A DNA stretch of 64,000 bases from a bacterium (GTDB lineage Bacteria; J088; JAWLBW01), in NCBI GenBank assembly GCA_041690355.1, contig JAWLHK010000003.1:235428-299427 (forward strand), written 5' to 3'. How positions within the stretch are numbered: the stretch's first letter is position 1; the number at the start of each line of letters is the position of its first letter. The notes below the pieces were generated by a model, which was not told the origin of the DNA, searched no databases, and saw nothing but the letters and a program-made list of their open reading frames with translations. Below, one piece after another: positions 60,646-64,000 of this stretch. Position numbers and translations under genes: made by a program.

Positions 60646-61553
60646 GCCCGCGCCTCCGCCTCGGAAGCGTCGACGGCCGCCTGCAGGGAATGCACGTAGC
60701 TCCCGTCGAAAAGCGCAACGTGCACGAGCAGCGGATAGATCTGCCAGTAGCGGCGGCGGCGCACATAGCCCTGATCGCGGGGATAGACCTCGTCGTAGCC
60801 CGCGTAGAATTCCTCGGAAAAGCCGCCGAAGAGTTCCGTGAACGCCAGTTCGACTTCGCGTTCCCCATAGTAGACGGCGGGGTCGAAGACGATGGGCTGC
60901 TCCGGGGCCGTGAAGGCGACGTTGCCCGACCAGAGGTCGCCGTGCAGGAGGGCGGGCACGGGGCGGTAGTCCGCCAGCAACGCGGCTGCGGAATCGGATT
61001 CCACCAGGCGGCGGATGCGATCCGCGAGCCCGGGGGGAACGCGCGCGCCCGCCTGGCGGAGCATCGGCAGAACGCGCCGCTCGCTCCAGAAGGCCGTCCA
61101 GTCGCCGAGGGGATCGTTCGTCTGTGGCAGGCGGCCGATGAAGTTGTCGGCGCGGAATCCGAAGGCGTCCTGCGTCACGCGATGCAGGGCGGCGAGCCCG
61201 CGCCCGAGCGCGCCCCATCCGGCGGCGGAAGGGGTGACGGCGTCGAACCAGCGGAGCACGAGAAAACCCGTGCCGTCCATTTCGCCGCTGGCGACGACCT
61301 CGGGAACGGTGAGGAACTGCGCCGCTTCCCCCTGTGCGCGGAAGGCCACAGCGAGCGCCGCGAGCCCCTCGGCCTCGGCAGCGAAGAGGCGCGGCTCCTC
61401 GGCGTTCCACTTCACGAAGAAGCGTTCGCCGGAAGCGGACGTCCAGGCGCATTCGGCGCTGACGTCGCCGCCGCCGACGGCGCGCAGGGAATTCGGAGGG
61501 CCCCCCAGGGTCTCGGACAGCCGGCGCTCGAGCGCAGGCGGCAGGGGACTCAC
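60642..61553 (-). CDS. Fructosamine/ketosamine-3-kinase family protein
   Basis: VGGGD, FFVK, FAAEAEGL, LLHGDLWSGN, FDPAVYYGERE. Confidence 0.93.
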   Translation of the reverse strand: MSPLPPALERRLSETLGGPPNSLRAVGGGDVSAECAWTSASGERFFVKWNAEEPRLFAAEAEGLAALAVAFRAQGEAAQFLTVPEVVASGEMDGTGFLVLRWFDAVTPSAAGWGALGRGLAALHRVTQDAFGFRADNFIGRLPQTNDPLGDWTAFWSERRVLPMLRQAGARVPPGLADRIRRLVESDSAAALLADYRPVPALLHGDLWSGNVAFTAPEQPIVFDPAVYYGEREVELAFTELFGGFSEEFYAGYDEVYPRDQGYVRRRRYWQIYPLLVHVALFDGSYVHSLQAAVDASEAEARA

Positions 61554-62023
61554 CGACCGGCCTCGCGGCGGACGGTTTCGAGCAGGCCGGCGCAGGCCTC
61601 CTCGAGCATGGCGAAGACGGCGTGGAATCCGTCGTCGCCGCCGAAGTACGGGTCAGGCACGTCGACAGGCCCCCGCGAACCGTGGCTCAGCATCATGGAA
61701 ACCTTGTTGCGATGGGCGTCGTTGCGCGCCAGGCGCAGCACATTCGCGTGGTTCTGGTTGTCCATGACAAGAATGTAATCGAAGCGATCAAAGTCTTCGG
61801 CCGAGAACTGGCGGGCGCGCAGACCGGTAATATCGACCCCGTACCCTTGGGCGCAGGCCTGGGCCCGCCGGTCGGGCGGTTCGCCCACATGCCAGTTGCC
61901 GGTGCCGGCGCTGTCGATGTGGATGTGTTCGTGCAGGCCGGCCCGCTCCACGTGCCGCCGGAAGATCCCTTCGGCGAGCGGCGAGCGGCAGATGTTCCCC
62001 AGGCAGACGAATAGAACGCGCAT
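61550..62023 (-). CDS. Low-molecular-weight protein tyrosine phosphatase
   Basis: FVCLGNICRSP, DSAGT, VPDPYF. Confidence 0.96.
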   Translation of the reverse strand: MRVLFVCLGNICRSPLAEGIFRRHVERAGLHEHIHIDSAGTGNWHVGEPPDRRAQACAQGYGVDITGLRARQFSAEDFDRFDYILVMDNQNHANVLRLARNDAHRNKVSMMLSHGSRGPVDVPDPYFGGDDGFHAVFAMLEEACAGLLETVRREAGR

Positions 62024-62107
62024 CCCCAAAGGATACCACGGCGGCGCGAGGGTGCACGCGATCCCGGCCCCGCCACCGCATCCGAACCCCGCCACCGCCC
62101 CCTCCGC

Positions 62108-62260
62108 ATGAGACACTCGCGTCTGAGGATCTCCCCCGCCTCCTCCATACCACGCGCGCATGTGCATGACGCATGTCCCGCGGAACCCAGGCCACGCGCG
62201 GGTTGGAGGAGGCGGGGGGACATGTCAGGTCCCTGCTCCCACTTCAGACGGACTCTTCGC
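62108..62260. ncRNA. Candidate structured non-coding RNA (unassigned)
   Basis: Nested stems CGTCTGA/TCAGACG and CCCCCGCCTCCTCCA/TGGAGGAGGCGGGGG with an asymmetric internal loop. Confidence 0.3.
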
Positions 62261-62301
62261 AAAAAAACGCGCATGGACCTCAATCGAGGAAACCATGCGC
62301 G
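62261..62301 (-). terminator. Terminator of the arsR-trxA transcript
   Basis: CGCGCATGG...CCATGCGCG stem followed by T7 on the minus strand. Confidence 0.75.
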
Positions 62302-62371
62302 CGGCATTTCCTCCTCCGCGCTGGAGGAGGAGGACCGGGCGGGTCGATCCCGCCCGGAGGAGGTGGTGGAG

Positions 62372-62704
62372 TCAGGCGATCGACTGCTCGATGAAGCTCT
62401 TGAGCTGACCCTTGGGGGCCGCGCCGACGAGCTGGTTGACGAGCTTGCCCCCCTTGAAGATCATCAACGTCGGAATGCCGCGGATCGAGAAGCTGCCCGG
62501 GGTAGCCGGGTTCTCGTCGGTGTTGATCTTGCCGACCTTCAGCTTGCCCTTGTACTCACCGGCCAGCTCTTCGACGATCGGGCCGACCATGCGGCAGGGT
62601 CCGCACCACGGCGCCCAGAAGTCGACCAGCACCGGCAGGTCGCTCTGCAGAACTTCCTGCTGAAAGTTGCCGTCCGTAAACGTATGCATGTTGTCACCAG
62701 CCAT
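62372..62704 (-). CDS. trxA: Thioredoxin
   Basis: [20 protein letters not shown]. Confidence 0.97.
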   Translation of the reverse strand: MAGDNMHTFTDGNFQQEVLQSDLPVLVDFWAPWCGPCRMVGPIVEELAGEYKGKLKVGKINTDENPATPGSFSIRGIPTLMIFKGGKLVNQLVGAAPKGQLKSFIEQSIA

Positions 62705-62722
62705 GAGATGCTCCTTCCTGAT

Positions 62723-63079
62723 TCACTTCTTCGCTGATTTCTCTGATTTCTGGCCGTGCCCCTCGGCGCGCGCACCCTGCGAACGCATCCACGTCACCAG
62801 TTTCTCGACCCACGGGTCGACCACGCGATAAACCACCGTCGTACCCACCCGCTCGCCGCGGACGATCCCGTGCGCGCGAAGCAGGCTCAAGTGCTGCGAC
62901 ACAGTGGCCTGCGCGAGCCCGAGACACTCCCCGATGTCCTTCACGCAGGTATCGGACGCGAGCAGCCCGGCGACGATGCGCAGACGGATCGGATGCCCGA
63001 GAATCCGCATGATCTCGGCCTCGTGCTCCAGCGTGACGCCCTCGTCGAGCGCCCAGTTTCGCGCCTGGTTTCCCGCCAC
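62723..63079 (-). CDS. ArsR/SmtB family regulator
   Basis: LGHPIRLRIV, CVKDI, QATVSQHLSLLR, VVYR. Confidence 0.9.
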   Translation of the reverse strand: MAGNQARNWALDEGVTLEHEAEIMRILGHPIRLRIVAGLLASDTCVKDIGECLGLAQATVSQHLSLLRAHGIVRGERVGTTVVYRVVDPWVEKLVTWMRSQGARAEGHGQKSEKSAKK

Positions 63080-63325
63080 GTTCGCTCCCGCAAGGCCACC
63101 CGGAAGGTGACCCGTCGCGCAAAGACCTTCAAGTATTCAAATATCAGAATATATCAAGTGTCGACGCCCCGCAAGCGAAAACGGCCACCCCTTTTTCCCC
63201 AGGCGGCTTGGGAATCCGCTTTCCTCCCGAGCGGCGGGCGGGATGCCGCGCCGGATCCGGCCCGCCGCGCTTGCCCCATCCGCCGTTTTCGCCGGAACCT
63301 GAGGGGAACCGGAAGGAGTCCTCTC

Positions 63326-64000
63326 TTGCGCTACATGGCCCTGGCAGCGGATTACGACGACACGCTGGCGACCGGCGGACGCATTCCCGATCGAGTCGTC
63401 GCCGCGCTCGAGCGGGTCAAGGCGACCGGACGCCGCCTGCTGCTCGTGACCGGCCGGCAGATGAGTGATCTGCGCGCCCTCGCCCCCCTCCGACTCTTCG
63501 ACCGCGTCGTGGCCGAGAACGGGGCCGTCCTCTATCTCCCCGAAACCGGCGAGGAGATTCCCCTCGCCTCCCCGCCGCCGGCCTCCTTCATCGCCGAGTT
63601 GCGCGCACGCGGCGTCGCGCCAGTGTCGACCGGGGCCGTCATCGTCGCCACCCACCGCCCGCACGAACACACGATCATGCATGCAATCTGGGAGATGGGG
63701 CTCGAGCTCCAGATCATTTTCAACGGGAATGCCGTCATGGTTCTGCCGCCCGGCACCAACAAGGCAAGCGGTCTCGGAGTCGCACTGCAGCAGCTCGGCC
63801 TCTCGCCGCACGAAGTCGTCGGGCTCGGCGATTCCGAAAACGATCACTCCCTGCTGGGCTTCTGCGAATGCGGCATCGCCGTCGCCAACGCCGTCAAACC
63901 GTTGCGGGCCGCGGCCGCCTGGGTTACGCAGGGAGAAGCGGGTGACGGCGCCATCGAAGTGGCCGGGGCGCTCGCCGACAGCGACCTCGCCTCTCTGCCC
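63326..64000 (+). CDS. Cof-like HAD-IIB hydrolase, partial (3' end beyond window)
   Basis: Translated by hand: TTG 63326 with AAGGAG RBS; ALAADYDDTLA, VTGR, VAENGA, NKASG, GDSEND. Confidence 0.88.
   Translation, partial: MRYMALAADYDDTLATGGRIPDRVVAALERVKATGRRLLLVTGRQMSDLRALAPLRLFDRVVAENGAVLYLPETGEEIPLASPPPASFIAELRARGVAPVSTGAVIVATHRPHEHTIMHAIWEMGLELQIIFNGNAVMVLPPGTNKASGLGVALQQLGLSPHEVVGLGDSENDHSLLGFCECGIAVANAVKPLRAAAAWVTQGEAGDGAIEVAGALADSDLASLP

Noticed and set aside
58811..61452. Apparent long fusions (685-aa oxidoreductase, 485-aa LipB)
   Set aside because: N-terminal extensions are out-of-frame overlaps with upstream genes; true starts at 59998 and 60645 give 4-bp operon overlaps
62221..62250. 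SRP RNA or riboswitch (TCAGGTCC motif)
   Set aside because: Lacks the GGAAGGAAGCAGC SRP core and matches no riboswitch consensus I recognise
62108..62371. Retron msr/msd or DGR template
   Set aside because: No reverse transcriptase in the window and no adenine-variant repeat pair seen

Overview
GC-rich bacterial chromosomal segment, most likely from a Myxococcota or related deltaproteobacterial lineage: it carries a Tgl/PilF-like TPR lipoprotein with its myxobacteria-type upstream ORF, and a FrzS-like pseudo-receiver. Most of the window is housekeeping and signalling: recO, rodZ, pfkB, aspC, coaD, rsmD, miaB, eno, acyP, mdh, uvrB, alpha-2-macroglobulin/pbpC, amtB, an ABC-F, clpB, lipB and trxA. 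No rRNA, tRNA, CRISPR array, prophage or reverse transcriptase was recognised. The most notable items are: (1) a 6.5 kb operon of three unknown lipoproteins with Cys/Asp-rich, Fn3-like repeat/propeller and LecA-like domains; (2) two atypical chemoreceptors coupled inside the tgl-rodZ-recO operon; (3) a TetR whose 18-bp operator recurs upstream of an SCP2 gene near an SCP2 + ABC1-kinase pair; (4) a Y1/RAYT-like transposase with REP-like palindromes; (5) dispersed heptamer-array repeats, including a ~95 bp duplication that supplies a gene's C-terminus; (6) a highly structured intergenic region between ptp and trxA; (7) a recurrent leaderless-type promoter arrangement. All family assignments come from motif recognition by eye; no database searches were run.
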